A DNA stretch of 64,000 nt from Felis catus (Eukaryota). The stretch spans positions 310,001 to 374,000 of the forward strand of contig NC_058370.1 of NCBI RefSeq assembly GCF_018350175.1. The letters run 5' to 3'. Each line of letters begins with the position of its first letter. Within the stretch, counting starts at the first letter, position 1. Under the pieces are notes generated by a model that made no database searches, was not told where the DNA came from, and saw only the letters and a program-made list of their open reading frames with translations. Made by a program: the position numbers and the translations under genes. Shown here piece by piece: positions 1-12,067 of this stretch.

Positions 1-175
1 TGACCTGTCCCATGATGTCACCGGGCCCTCTGAAGCCACGGTGAAGTCTGTGAGTCCGGCGACGCTCAGGGCTCAGGTTGCCGTCAGCCTAGAGAGCAGT
101 GACCTGGGTGAGCTCCGTGTTGGGTGTGGACGGGCTCTGTGGGCTGACAGGCACCATGGGCAGGTCCACGCCTAG

Positions 176-2559
176 TCATGCGGGCCGTGGTACTGTCTCA
201 GAGGTCTTGCAGGCGAGGGCCACATCCTTGGCAATGCTGCGCACACGGTCAGACACCTGCATCTCCCGGCGCAGGGCAGGAGCACAGCAGAACTTTCGGA
301 AGCAGGCCTTGAAATTCTCGTCCAAGAAAGCGTAGAGGATGGGGTTGAGGCAGCTGTTGACGTAGCCGAGGGCCGTGCAGAAACGCAGAACGGCCACTGC
401 GGTCTCACTGCCCGGCTGAACGCCCAGCCCTTGGACCAGCACGAAGACCTGGACGGGCGTCCAGCAGCCCACGAACACCGCCACCACCACCAGCACCAGC
501 CGCGTGATGCGCCTCAAGTTCCGGTCCTTCTCCCGGGAGCCGGACAGCAGGCGGACGCCACGCAGCCGCCGGATCATGAGGCTGTAGCAGATGGAGATGA
601 TGAGCACGGGGATGATGAAGGAGAAGAGGAAGATGCCGATGGCAAACACGGGGCCCCAGTAGTCCTGTGGGGCGGGGATCTCCACGAGACACTCAATCTC
701 TGCAGGGAGAAACACAGGGTCAGGGTGAGCGAGCCGGCACGGGGCCCTCTGGGGCCAGAGGACGACAGCACGGGGGAGGGGGGCCACCCACCGACCTTCG
801 TCCTCGACCTGCGCCGAGCCCATGATGGCGACAGGAACACCAACGACAGACGCCAGAGCCCAGATGGCCACGTTGACGGCCTGGGCCTTGCTGGACGTCC
901 GGACATCGAGAGCGCGGATGGGGTGGCAGATGGCTACATAGCGGTCCACGCTCATGGCGGTCAGCGTGAAGGTGCTGGTAAACATGTTGTAATAGTCGAT
1001 GGCAATGACTGTCTTGCACAGAGCATTTCCAAATGGCCAGAAGCCCAGGAGGACATCTGTGCCCTGGAAGGGCAGCGTCAGCAGCACCAAAGTGTCCGCC
1101 AGAGCCAGGTTAAAGATGTAAATGTTGGTGGCTGTCTTCATCTTGGTGTGCCTGCGGAGAGCACAGGGGGAAGGAAGACCTGGCCCAGTCCCTCTGGCTG
1201 GACCCGGCGGCGGAGGCCCGGGGGCCTTTCTTGTTGCCACCACCAGGAGCACCCGCCCCGAGACCCGTGTGGGAAGGCGGGCCCCCGGGCCCGGCACGAG
1301 GGACTTGGGGCACAAAACTGTGCCTCTGGCACACACAGAAGGCTTCCGAACCCCCAAACCGGTCCGCTTTGGGAAGGCTGGGATGTCAGGCAGCAGCAGA
1401 CCACCCCTGTGACTCCACGTGGGAGCAAGGGGACAGGAATCTTCAGAAAAAGGACCAGTCCCCCTCCCTGCCTTCCAAGTCTTCCTGAAGACAGTCCACG
1501 GACTACGATGTGGGCCCTAGACACACCAGAGGTTCCTGAGGGCTCCAGGGTCTGTAAAAGCACATCAGAGGCCTTCCGGTCCATGTTGTGGTCCGGCCAT
1601 AGAGACAGGAAACGGCACCAGAAATGGGAGGTGTGCCAACAAGACCTGGCTGTATCCAAGGGACAGGTCCGGGGACCTTATAGTTACGGAATAAACACCT
1701 GTCGAGTGGGGCACCTAGGTGGCTCAGTCACTTAAGTGCCCGACTGGCTCAGGTCACGATCTCGTGGTTCACGAGTCTGAGCCCCACATCAGGCTGTCAG
1801 CGCAGAGCCTGTTTGGGACCCTCTGTCCCCCTCTCTCTGCCCCTCCCCCACTCGTTCTCTCTCCCTCCCTCTCTCTCTCTCTGTCCCTCAAAAGTAAATA
1901 TATATTTTAAAAAATAATAAATAGGGGTGCCTGGGTGGCTCAGTTGGTTAAGCATCCAACTCTTGGTTTGGGCTCAGGTCACGATCTCATGGCTTCATGG
2001 GTTCAAGCCCCGCATCAAGCCTGCGCTGGCCGTGCAGAGACTGCTTGAGACTCTCTCCTCTCTCTCTGCCCCTCCCCTACTCGCACTGTCTGTGTCTCTT
2101 TCAGAATAGATCAATCAACTTTAAAAACCATCAAAAAATAATAAATAGCAAATAAATGCTTGTTGAATGAATCAATAGTTATCATGGTGGCAATGGAGGT
2201 GGTGGTTGTGGTGGGGATGGTGGTGGAGAGAATGCTGGGGACGGTGGTGATGACGGTGATTGTTGTGGCAGTGGTGGTAATTAAGGTGGTGGTGATTGTG
2301 GTGGTGGTGGTCGCACAACGCCAAAGATGTTGCCGTCACCAGGAACACCAATGTTCCCTGTAAACTCAGCTGCCATAAGGGAATCTGGGGGTCAGTGCTG
2401 CCTCTCAGAGAAGGATTAGAAACAAGCACAAACAGACCTTAATTATGACCAGATAAGAGCAACAATGACCACAGTGGCAGACACCTGAGCCAAGCTCTCA
2501 CATGGATTTTATCTCATTTAAATTTCAAAGATGCGTTGAAAAATAAAATTTAAAAAAAA

Positions 2560-2594
<35 letters not shown>

Positions 2595-4556
2595 ATTTCA
2601 AAGATGCGGGGCGCCTGGGTGACTCAGTCAGTTAAGCGTCCGACTTCAGCTCAGGGCGTGATCTCACGGTCCGTGAGTTCGAGCCCCGCGTCAGGCTCTG
2701 TGCTGACATCTCAGAGCCTGGAGCCCGCTTCGGATTCTGTGTCTCCCTCTCTCTCTGCCCCTCCTCTGCTCATGCTCTGACATTCTTTCTCCCTCAAAAA
2801 TAAATAAACATTAAAATATTTTTTAATTTCAAAAATGCTATTTTGATCCCCACTCTATGCAAGAGGACCCTTAGGCTCAGAGGATCTAAGTGGCCTTGAA
2901 AAGAGCTGGCAAAAAAGCAGAGAGGATCAAGAGAACTAGAAGACGAGCCACAGACAGGAGGAAAGATTTGCCAAAGATGCATTTGATGCAGGCTGCTGTC
3001 CAGAATACACAAGAAGGCTTAAAACTCGACAATAAGAAAACTAAGACTTTAACAGACACCTCACCAGTGAAAACAGCAACGAGATTCTGCTACACACCTC
3101 TTAGAACGAGCCATTTCCAGAACACTGACACCACACGCCGGTGAGGGTGTGGGGCGGCGGGAGCTCTCATGCGTTGCCGGCGGGCATGCCAAACGGTGCG
3201 GCCACTTTGGGAGACGGTTCGTTGGTCTCTTACAAAACTAAACATACTCTTACCATACGATCCAGCAATCACACGCCTTGATATTTACCCAAAGTTGTTG
3301 NNNNNNNNNNNNNNNNNNNNNNNNNNNNNNNNNNNNNNNNNNNNNNNNNNNNNNNNNNNNNNNNNNNNNNNNNNNNNNNNNNNNNNNNNNNNNNNNNNNN
3401 NNNNNNNNNNNNNNNNNNNNNNNNNNNNNNNNNNNNNNNNNNNNNNNNGATAAAAAGACATGAAAAGATCTGGAAGAACTTAAGTGCATATTCCTCAGTG
3501 AAAGAAGCCAGTATGAGAAGGCTACACGCTGTNNNNNNNNNNNNNNNNNNNNNNNNNNNNNNNNNNNNNNNNNNNNNNNNNNNNNNNNNNNNNNNNNNNN
3601 NNNNNNNNNNNNNNNNNNNNNNNNNNNNNNNNNNNNNNNNNNNNNNNNNNNNNNNNNNNNNNNNNNNNNNNNNNNNNNNNNNNNNNGTAGATACATGTCA
3701 AAACCCACAGGATGTACAACACTAAGAGTGAACCATAATGTAAACTATGGGCTTTGGGTGATTATGATGTGTTAACGTAGGTTCAATTGTAAAACTGAGT
3801 TGTAACTCGTTATAAAATGTACTATTCTGGTGGAGATGTTGGTAACAGGAGAGACCATGCATGTTGGGGAGCAGAGGCATATGGGCAATCACTGTACCTT
3901 CCTCTCAATCTTGCTGTGAATCTAAAACTGCTCTAAAAATAAAGTATCTTTAAAAAAAGCAGGACTTGGGGCGCCTGGGTGGCTCAGCTGGTTGAGTGTC
4001 GGATTTCAGCTCAGGTCATAATCTCGAGGTTCGTGAGTTCGAGCCCCGCGTCGGGCTCTGTGCCGATAGCCCGGAGCCTGCTTCCGATTCTGTGTCTCCC
4101 TCTCTCTCTGCCCCTCCCCCCCTCACGCTCTGTCTCTCTCTGTCTCTCAAAGATGAATACACGTTAAAAAAAATTTTTTTTTAAAGAGCAGGACTTGGAG
4201 CTGAGGTCCGGGACTCCAGAGGCAGTCCACCCCAGTCCACAGGCTCAGAATACACTGTGCTAATACTCGGACCAGGCCCCACACACCAGTGTCTCTGGGG
4301 ACTGCTGTGGGCAAGACAACCTTCCCTGCCTGCTCTAATCAGGATGTGGCTCTGAGAGTCCTGATGCCACAGTGCGGAGGAGACACACAGAGAAGTGACG
4401 ACAGCAAGAGTGAATAAGACCACCCCAGAGCGCCCGGGTGGCCCAGTCGGTTAAGCCTCCAACTTCGGCTCAGGTCGTGATCTCACAGTTCATGAGTTCG
4501 AGCCCTGGGTTGGGCTCTGCGCTGATAGCCCTGGGCCTGCTTGGGATTCTCTCTTC

Positions 4557-4587
<31 letters not shown>

Positions 4588-6003
4588 AAAATAAATAAGA
4601 CTTAAGAAAAAAAAGACCACCCCAGGTTGCTGCACTTGTCACCCACAACCCACCCTCCAGCCACAGAGGGGCACGTGTGTGAGTCCAGTGCGCGGGGTCC
4701 AGCACTGGGCACAGCCAGCTGCTCCTCCTGGCCCCTGTGTGAGCACGTGCACCATGCACCTCGCACACATACGTGCGCACACTCGCATACGTGCACACGC
4801 CCGTGTTGACACGTGCACACGCTCACATACATGGACCTGTTCACATGCACGGACAACCCTAACCGTGCATGTACACACACTCATGCTTTCGTATGTGCAC
4901 ACACACACTCGTGTGTATACGCTGTGCATGCCTACCCCGCTTTAAACCACACACGCGTGCACGCACACATATAGCACACTGACTCATGTGCACCCACTCC
5001 CACACATACATGTACACAGGCACACGTGTATGTGTGTGGCTCACACTTGTGTGCACTCCTGCACGTGCGCATTCACCTTTTGTGTGCGCGCATGCCTGTA
5101 CACGCTTGGGCATGTGAACACACATGAACACACACACATGCGCACGTCCTCACGCTGTCCCCCCACACCATCCCCACACTGTTCCCCTACGATGGACCCC
5201 GACCCCACTCCCGGCCACCCCTCTTGGCCACAGGGGCTTTCCCATTCTGAGCACAAACATGCCGGAGTCAGCCCAGATGGCAGCAGCGAACACGATGCTG
5301 GAGCTGAAGGCAAGGGCTTCGGCACCTGCCCCGGCACGGGCCCCGGAACCGGCTGGCGAGAGCTGCCTCTTAGGCGCACGGTGAGGTCCAGGAGAGCCTC
5401 ACGCTGCGGCTCAGCCAGGAAGCTGGCCCGCGGCTCAGGTCAGGGAGTGTTATCTGCCAGGAGTCAGAGTGACAGTCCGTCTGGGGCACGGATGCACCCT
5501 CTGCCCCCATCAGGACGGGGGTGAGCAGGGCTGATCCTTTCCTCTCCCTCTCCCCCTAGTCAGGTGCCCCAACCCTGAGGACTCGGAGCATCCAGGACCC
5601 CGGCACTGACCCTGACCCTGACCCTGCCTGACAGGATGACCAGAAATGGAATGGGAAAAGTGGGAACCCCCCACCTGCCAGGCCCACCCAAAACAGCCCC
5701 CTGCCTCAGTTTCCCCTCTGCAGCAATGTGGGACTCACCAGTAGGGAACCTTGGCAGGTCCCCAGCCTACCTTAGGATGACATACATGACGAGGCAATTT
5801 CCCAGCAGTCCCCCAATGCAGACGGCCAGGTAAAGCCCCACGATGGTGACCTTGAGCCCAAGGGGCAGGAAGGCGCCGTGGCTGGCATTGAGCAGCAGGC
5901 TGGGGGGCAGCAGGCTGTGGTTGGGGCTCAGGAGGGACAGGTTGCCCTGCAGGTGGCTGCCGTAGAGGACCTCCCAAAATGGGGCAGGGAAGAGGGACTC
6001 CAT
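176..6003 (-). CDS. OPRL1: Nociceptin/orphanin FQ receptor (opioid receptor-like 1), class A GPCR, 370 aa. Coding exons 5771-6003, 796-1151, 176-699
   Basis: Translation [23 protein letters not shown]...[11 protein letters not shown]|[19 protein letters not shown]...DRY...CWTP...NPILY...[14 protein letters not shown] boundaries give 233+356+524=1113 nt, which closes the frame exactly. Confidence 0.98.
1708..2157 (+). mobile_element. Two tandem carnivore SINEC elements (1708-1923, 1924-~2157)
   Basis: GGGGCACC/GGGGTGCC-TGGGTGGCTCAG heads, GCTCAGGTCACGATCTC core, (CT)n tract and A-rich tails. Confidence 0.9.
2172..2312. repeat. Degenerate (GTG/ATG)n low-complexity repeat
   Basis: GTGGTG-rich run. 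It explains the Val-rich and His-rich ORFs in the track. Confidence 0.85.
2535..2824 (+). mobile_element. SINEC (2608-2824) plus a tail-only SINE fragment with (AAAT)n (2535-2593)
   Basis: GGGGCGCCTGGGTGACTCAG head at 2608. Three copies of AATTTCAAA(G/A)ATGC at 2521, 2594 and 2825. Confidence 0.85.
3000..3955 (+). mobile_element. Ancient L1 3' fragment (L1MC/L1MB-like), interrupted by two N gaps
   Basis: Recognisable L1 ORF2-end and 3'UTR motifs (CCATACGATCCAGCAATC, AGTGAAAGAAGCCAG, GGATGTACAACACTAAGAGTGAACC...TGTAAACTATGG) ending in AATAAAGT. Subfamily is from memory. Confidence 0.8.
3301..3686. other. Assembly gaps (N): 3301-3448 and 3533-3686. Further gaps at 43373-43512, 43525-43800, 44005-44136
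   Basis: N runs of non-round length. Confidence 1.
3968..4182 (+). mobile_element. SINEC inserted at the L1 tail
   Basis: Full head, core and (CT)n tract. TSD AAA(A/G)AGCAGGACTT on both sides. Confidence 0.9.
4428..4612 (+). mobile_element. SINEC
   Basis: GCGCCCGGGTGGCCCAGTCGGTTAAG head, (CT)n tract, TSD AAGACCACCCCA. Confidence 0.9.
4672..5145. repeat. Degenerate CA/TG-rich low-complexity tract (similar tracts at ~6130-6430, ~6830-7055, ~7830-8105)
   Basis: Dense CACA/GTGT/CACGTG units. These produce the His/Thr/Cys/Val-rich ORFs in the track. Confidence 0.8.
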
Positions 6004-6539
6004 GCCACCTCCCTGCGTGCAAAGCCACCTGGTACCTAGGAGAGGACAGGGACACATGACCACAGCACCCAACGCCCACCCAGCTGAGGCCTCTGAGCAC
6101 AGTGCGTGTGGCCCAGCAGGCACGTGGACCCCCCACACATACACACAGGCAGCCACAGACGCAGAGGCATACATCCACACACAGAAACAATGGAGACAAG
6201 CAGACACGTATGCACGGATGGGAACACGCAGAGAGGCATGTAAGTCTCGTCAGACTTGTAGACTCCCACATGGGGCGTGTGGATGTAGTTACACTCCGGG
6301 ACGTGTGTCCACCCACAGGGACTCATGGACACACGGCCACCGTGTGCACACATCACACACAGAGGTGTCCAAAGCTGACCTCGTGCACCCACAGGCACAA
6401 GAGGGTCAGAGACATACCCAGAAACACCTGCAGCACAGGGCCGAGGCTGATCGAGCACTCAGCTCCCTCCCACCCCTCCCCAGTCCTGCCTGAGAGCTGC
6501 AGTCTGTCCACACCCGGCCCCCAGCAGCTTAGGCCTTAC

Positions 6540-6694
6540 CTTAGCAACCTCCGTGGGAGCCAAGACTGTGGGGATGCTAACCGTCAGTGCTGGCAGAGCA
6601 GGGCTGGGATCCCACGGCCCTCAGCGCCGGATCTGGACAGGGCTGCGGCAGGCGGCTGCTCCTTCCCTGTAGCTGCCAGACCAGACGCAGCAGC
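6540..6694 (-). other. OPRL1: Probable 5'-UTR (non-coding) exon of OPRL1
   Basis: Strong donor AG|GTAAGG at 6540/6539. Pyrimidine tract with TAG acceptor at 6695-6697 (alternative CAG at 6706-6708). The next exon's acceptor is CTAG|GTACC at 6035, 32 nt before the ATG. Confidence 0.65.
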
Positions 6695-9121
6695 CTAGCG
6701 CGGAGCTGGGGGATGGGGAGGAGACTGCTGCTCCTGAGGGGGAGGGGCCACGCGGGGTGGAGGAGGGGGCCGCAGGGAAGGCGGGGGTCACCAGGCCCCA
6801 CACTGGATGGGGAGAGACCAAAGGACCAGGGCACACACTTAGAGATGAATGACAGACGGGCTCTGACACACGGACACAGGAACTGAGCCAGGGCACAGAC
6901 ATACACACAAGGACGCACGGGGACTCGGGGACGGGCACGGGGGACAGACACAGAGACACGGGACAGAGACAGAGCGGACACACGGGATGGAGACACAGGT
7001 AGGTGCACACACAGACTGGGACACAGACATGGGGGCTTGTCTAACACACAGAGACACTGCCTTGGACAGGCTTAGACCAGCCTCCGTCTGCACTCTGTGC
7101 CCAGAACAGCACCCTCAGCTGGGCTCCAGGGGAACTGAGGCACAGCAGGCCAATAGGTAGGTAGGTGGATACACAGTGCCCCCGCCCAGCCAGCCCCAAG
7201 CGGATCAGAGCCTTGTAGACAAGACGCCTAGACTCTACTGTGCACCGTGTCCCTGCTGTGTGCCCCGCACGTCCATCATGAACGCGAGCTCATCCGTCCC
7301 CATCATACCGGCTCATTGTCATCAGCATCCCCTTCGTGCAGACAGGAGCATTAAGCCTCAGAGGTGTGAAGTCACCTGTCAAAGTAGCAGAGACAGGGTT
7401 CAAACCCAGATCCACCTGCAGCTTTGAGACACCCCATGGGCGTCTCGCCACAGCAGGGTCCCAGGGCAACATCTGAGCATCATTCCGTCACAGCCTGGGC
7501 CCCCACACGGACGCAGCCAAAGGGCTCCAGTGGGGCTGCCTCCTTCCCAGCCCTGGGGTCACATGCCGTGTGGGAGATCTCTCAGATCAGCTACCAGCCT
7601 TGCAATCATGGGGTCATTCTTCCTGCACAGGCTCTACTCACATAGCCCAGACCCTGCTTGGAGCATCCGTCTCCAAGGATGGGGACCTGGTTGCTAGGCG
7701 ACTGGCAGCAGCGTCGCTAGGATACCTGGCAAATCAGAGAGGACAGGGCAGGCAGATGCCCCAGGACTCAGCATCCTAAGCTGTCCCCCAGGGCTTATCT
7801 CTGCATCTTCACTGCGGCTGACTCAGGGACACGTGTGGAGACATGGGGCACACCCACAGGGACACTCAGGACACAGGCTCACGTGCCTGCACACACACAC
7901 ACAAAGATGCCCAAACAGGCACACGAGTGAACACACAAACACAAGCTCATGCTCAGAAATGCACAGACACCCGCAGGCACAAACACACGGACCACACACA
8001 CGTGAACCCATGCCAACGTGCGCTCAAGGCACATGAGTAGACGGGACAGAACAGGCGGACACACAGACCAAGGCCTTCAGACACCCAGGGGCCACACACG
8101 AGCACCACACTCTCCAGGTGAAGCTTGAAGTATGATCCTGCTGACCTCGGGAGCCCAGCAGAGGCAGGAACCCAAGGAGGCCAGGCTTGGCCTCCTGCAG
8201 CCTCCCCCAGCCGGGCTGACCGAGGTCTGAGCAGCCAATCCCAGCCCCTCCTGCCCCCGCTGCCTGCGCCCACCTGCCTGCTCACCGGCCCACAGAGCTC
8301 GTTTCATAATGGCCTCCAGCTGCCTCCCAGCTCCGGCACAGACAAGGGGAAGGAAGGGCCATGAGGCTGGTCTGGAAAGGTATCCCGTGAGAGTGCACCC
8401 AATGCACCCAGTGCTAAGGACGGCTGGAAGCAGATACCTGGCCCCTCACACGGATAGTCTCAGCCGAAGGTCAGGCTTGGTCACCTGGCCCGTGGGGGGT
8501 CAGGCTGGAATGCTGACTGTACTCCCTGGGTGTGACAGCGGCCCAGCCTTGGACCCTAAAGGGCTCCCACAAAGGGAGCTGGCAGCACCGAGGAAATAGC
8601 CCCTGCACAGCCAGGGTGGGACGCAGAACACATGTGTCACACATGGGACAGCAGGGGACACGCTATGTGAGACAGCATTGGCATCAAAGCAGGACAACTC
8701 AAACTCACATCATATGCAGGCAAAAGGAAACACACAGGGGCACCAGGGACAGCCCAAGGCATGCGGCTTACGTGAATGACGGCACAGAACGCATGTCCAC
8801 AAATCATGGTTGTAGCTGCCTGGGCTGCACTCAGGAGTCATGGGTATTTGTGGCAGGACTTGGTCCCAGAGAGATTTCCACCCACAGAGTGGGGCGAATG
8901 CACCTCACTCTTGCCCAGTGAGTCACAGCCCGGAAATGCCGCTACTCGTGGCCTCGGGCAGGCTCGCCGTCTGCTTCCGTCCATCTCTGGGTGCTTTGCT
9001 ACCCCTGGGCGCGGCACAGGAATCCAAGCAAAGTCACCAGAGCCTAACAGGGAACAGCTGCCCTCCCCTCGGGGAATTCAGTCCCCAGGTCATTTGTGCT
9101 GTTAAAAAGCGAAAGACCCTC

Positions 9122-9583
9122 GGGGCACCTGGGGGGCTCAGTTGGTGGAGCAGTTGAGCGTCCGACTTTGGCTCAGGTCACAATCTCACGGTTGGTGAGT
9201 TCGAGCCCCGCGTCGAGCTCTGTGCTGACAGCTCAGAGCCTGGAGCCTGCTTCGGATTCTGTGTCTCTCTCTCTGCCCCTTCCCTGCTCGTGCACTGTCT
9301 CTGTCTGTTCTCAAAACTGCACAAACGTTAAAAAAAAAATTTTTTTTTTTAAGTTAAAGACCCAGGTTCCTGGGTGGCTCAGTGGGTTGAGCATCAGACT
9401 TTGGCTCAGATCAGGTCTCAAGGTTTGTGAGTTCAGGCCCCACGCAGGGCTCGCTGCTGTCAGCACAGAGCCTGCCTCAGATCTTCTGCCCCTTTCTGCC
9501 CCTTCCCCATTTATACTCTCTCAAAAATAAATAAATCCTAAAAAAAAATTAAATTAAAAGTGAAAGGACTCTTTCTTTCAAGT

Positions 9584-9622
<39 letters not shown>

Positions 9623-9891
9623 TTTTGAGAACGTGCACACCCAAGCAGGGAAGGAGCAGAGAGAGAAGGAGAATCTCAAACAGGTTCCACACTCAGTGGG
9701 GAGCCCGCCGTGGGGCTCAATCCCACAAACCCAGAGATCATGACCTGACCCGAAATCAAGAGTCTGATGCTTAGACTGAGCCACCCAGTGAGCCACCCAG
9801 ACGCCTCCAAGGATATTTTTTTTTAGTTTATTCATCCATTTTTTTAAAAGAGAAAGAACGTGCATGTGCACACGAGCACAAGCAGGGGAGG

Positions 9892-9931
<40 letters not shown>

Positions 9932-10045
9932 CCCAAGCAGGCTCCACGCCGATAGTGTGGGACTCGAACCCTCAAACTGTGAGATCATGACCTGAGCCAA
10001 GATCAAGAGTCAGATGCTTAGCCTACTGAGCCACCCAGGTGCCCC
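9122..10045. mobile_element. Cluster of four SINECs: + 9122-9352, + 9364-9550, - 9575-9808, - 9812-10045
   Basis: Two forward heads with A-tails, then two reverse copies with (ATTT)n/T tails, (AG)n and GAGCCACCCAG ends. Confidence 0.9.
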
Positions 10046-11304
10046 TAAGAAAAAAACAAAATGGAAGGATTTTATCGGTTGTGAGTTTCATCATAACAAA
10101 TTACTTTGTGTGATTTTGACTTTATAATATTTATATATGGCAACAAAAGAATTGACCTGTACATTTTCAATATAATGTTAAATTTTGTAGTCACTTCACA
10201 AGCGTCTTAATTTTTTTTGGAGTTTTATTCTCAGGCTTTGGCAGCAGTCAAAATGCTTTTAGATCCCAGCATTCCCATCAGCCCTTGAAAAACAGACCAG
10301 TCCTGGGCACAGAAATAGGTGGGAGACACCTACCTGGTGGCCTCGCACAGCTACTGGGCCCTAGACACTTGGGGATCCCCGCCCCACCCCCCTCCCCGCC
10401 CCCCTCCCCAGGAAACTGCAGGGCGTGCAGAGGAGGAGCCCCAGGAAGCTGCTTTCAGGAATATGAGCTGTGCAGGCACCAAGCCCTCCAAGGATTAGGG
10501 AGGAGGGGTATCAAGGGTTTTCAGTCCTACAAAAACAGAGGGAAAGTTACAAGTGCCTTCTTGCAGGAGAGCAGCTCCCACTGGCCCTATAAACCCCCCT
10601 CCACTGCCAGAAGCCAGCAAGTAACTCCCCTTCTGCGAATGCTCCTGGCCCAGACCTGGGAAGCTGAGAGGAGGGCCAAGATCCCCGTCTCACAGCACTC
10701 ACCGGGGCGGGAGCACAGAGTTGAACCTGAGGCAGCCCCTGCCTGGCTGTGGATATCGGGAGGACTGCCTGGAGGAAGTGGCCTGCTACGTCAGACTCCC
10801 TAAGCCGTCGCTGCTTCTGGATCCCAGAGGCCTGTGTCTTCAACAAGCCCCAAGGCTGGTGCTGAATCTCAAGGCCCAGACCACACCCCAAAGGCACGTG
10901 CTGGGCGGGAAGGGGCAGCACCCCAGGAACAGCTTGTGCAAAGCCTTGGGGGCCAGAAGGATGGACAGTCACTCCATGGAGCTTGGGGCTGGTGCAGGCT
11001 CTGATGTACAGGGGCACAAAGTCATAGTTTGCCCTTTCACCAGGAAGCCAGAGGAAGCTCCCAAAAACAAGGTGAACCGTCAACACCCTCCTGCACAAAG
11101 GCCAGGTCTCAGCTGAGACCCCATCCCCAGGACAGTTCCCACCTCAGGGCTGCAGGTCCTGAACCCCCAAAAAGGCATCATCATCCTTGGCACACGACCG
11201 TGAATGAAGGGGAGAGTTGTGCATGCACCATAACGAATTGTGTGGACTTAATGCAACAATTTTGGCCTAATGTAGCACCAGCACATGAATTAATGAGTTC
11301 TAAA

Positions 11305-11472
11305 GGGTTTTTTTTTTTAATGTTTTTATTTATTTTTTGAGAGAGAGAACGAGCAGGGACTGAGGATCCGAAGTGGGCTCTGTGCTGACAGCAGAGAGCC
11401 CCATGCAGGGCTCAAACTCACCAACTGTGAGTGAAGTCAGATGCTTAACCCACTGAGCCACCCAGGGGCCCC
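11305..11472 (-). mobile_element. SINEC
   Basis: Reverse head GAGCCACCCAGGGGCCCC. TSD TGAATTAATGA(G/A)TTCTA at 11286 and 11473. Confidence 0.9.
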
Positions 11473-12067
11473 TGAATTAATGAATTCTAGAATAAACTGA
11501 TGAGTGCATGCATGAGTTATAGAATTAATAAATTGAGAAGTGAGTTAGTTATGAAACATGATGACACTAACAAATACATTACAGAAATATAGGACCCAGG
11601 ACCCAGAAATTTAGAGTTCGGGAAAACCTGGCTCCGGTCTTGCGGGACCCCTGAGACTCCAAACTTGTCCTGGAAGAGGGTAGGTGTCCTCCTGAGCTCT
11701 GCCCCAGTTTCCCTTCCCTGTGAACGACAGTGGCAGTGAGAGCCCTTTTGGGTCCAGCAGCGGAGAACGCGTATCAGACAGGAAGGTCTCATTGCTACGC
11801 CCTCTGCCCCCCAAGCCAGTCCCCAAAGACTTCTCCAGCCTGGAAGCTGGGACCACAGCTCCCAGAGGAGTACGTTTGGGGCTCCCAGAAAGGAAAGAAA
11901 GGGCACCCGGGCTGGAAAAACTGGCGGTCACCTCCTCGGGTCTGCTGCAGGGATTTCGCCCGTCGGATGTGGGCGCCCTCCAAGCACCTGGATCCTGACT
12001 CTGCCGGTGCCCCTCCCTCCCCAGGGGCAGGCCCGCCCCCGCCGTGCAGGGGGAGGGCGGGACTCCC

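Noticed and set aside
630-645. OPRL1 TM5 reads FAIGIF where I recall human FAICIF. TCEA2 reads SDEGVI versus SDEEVI (about 29325)
   Set aside because: Isolated substitutions compared from memory, with no basis for a functional claim.
176-1357. 393-aa single-exon version of OPRL1 in the ORF track
   Set aside because: Its N-terminus is intron sequence. The true first coding exon is 5771-6003.
431-1735. 434-aa + strand ORF
   Set aside because: Antisense shadow of the GC3-rich OPRL1 exons. No recognisable domain, and it ends in a SINE.
4586-5524. His/Thr/Cys/Val-rich ORFs
   Set aside because: Translations of CA/TG low-complexity DNA. The same applies near 6000-7100 and 7800-8100.
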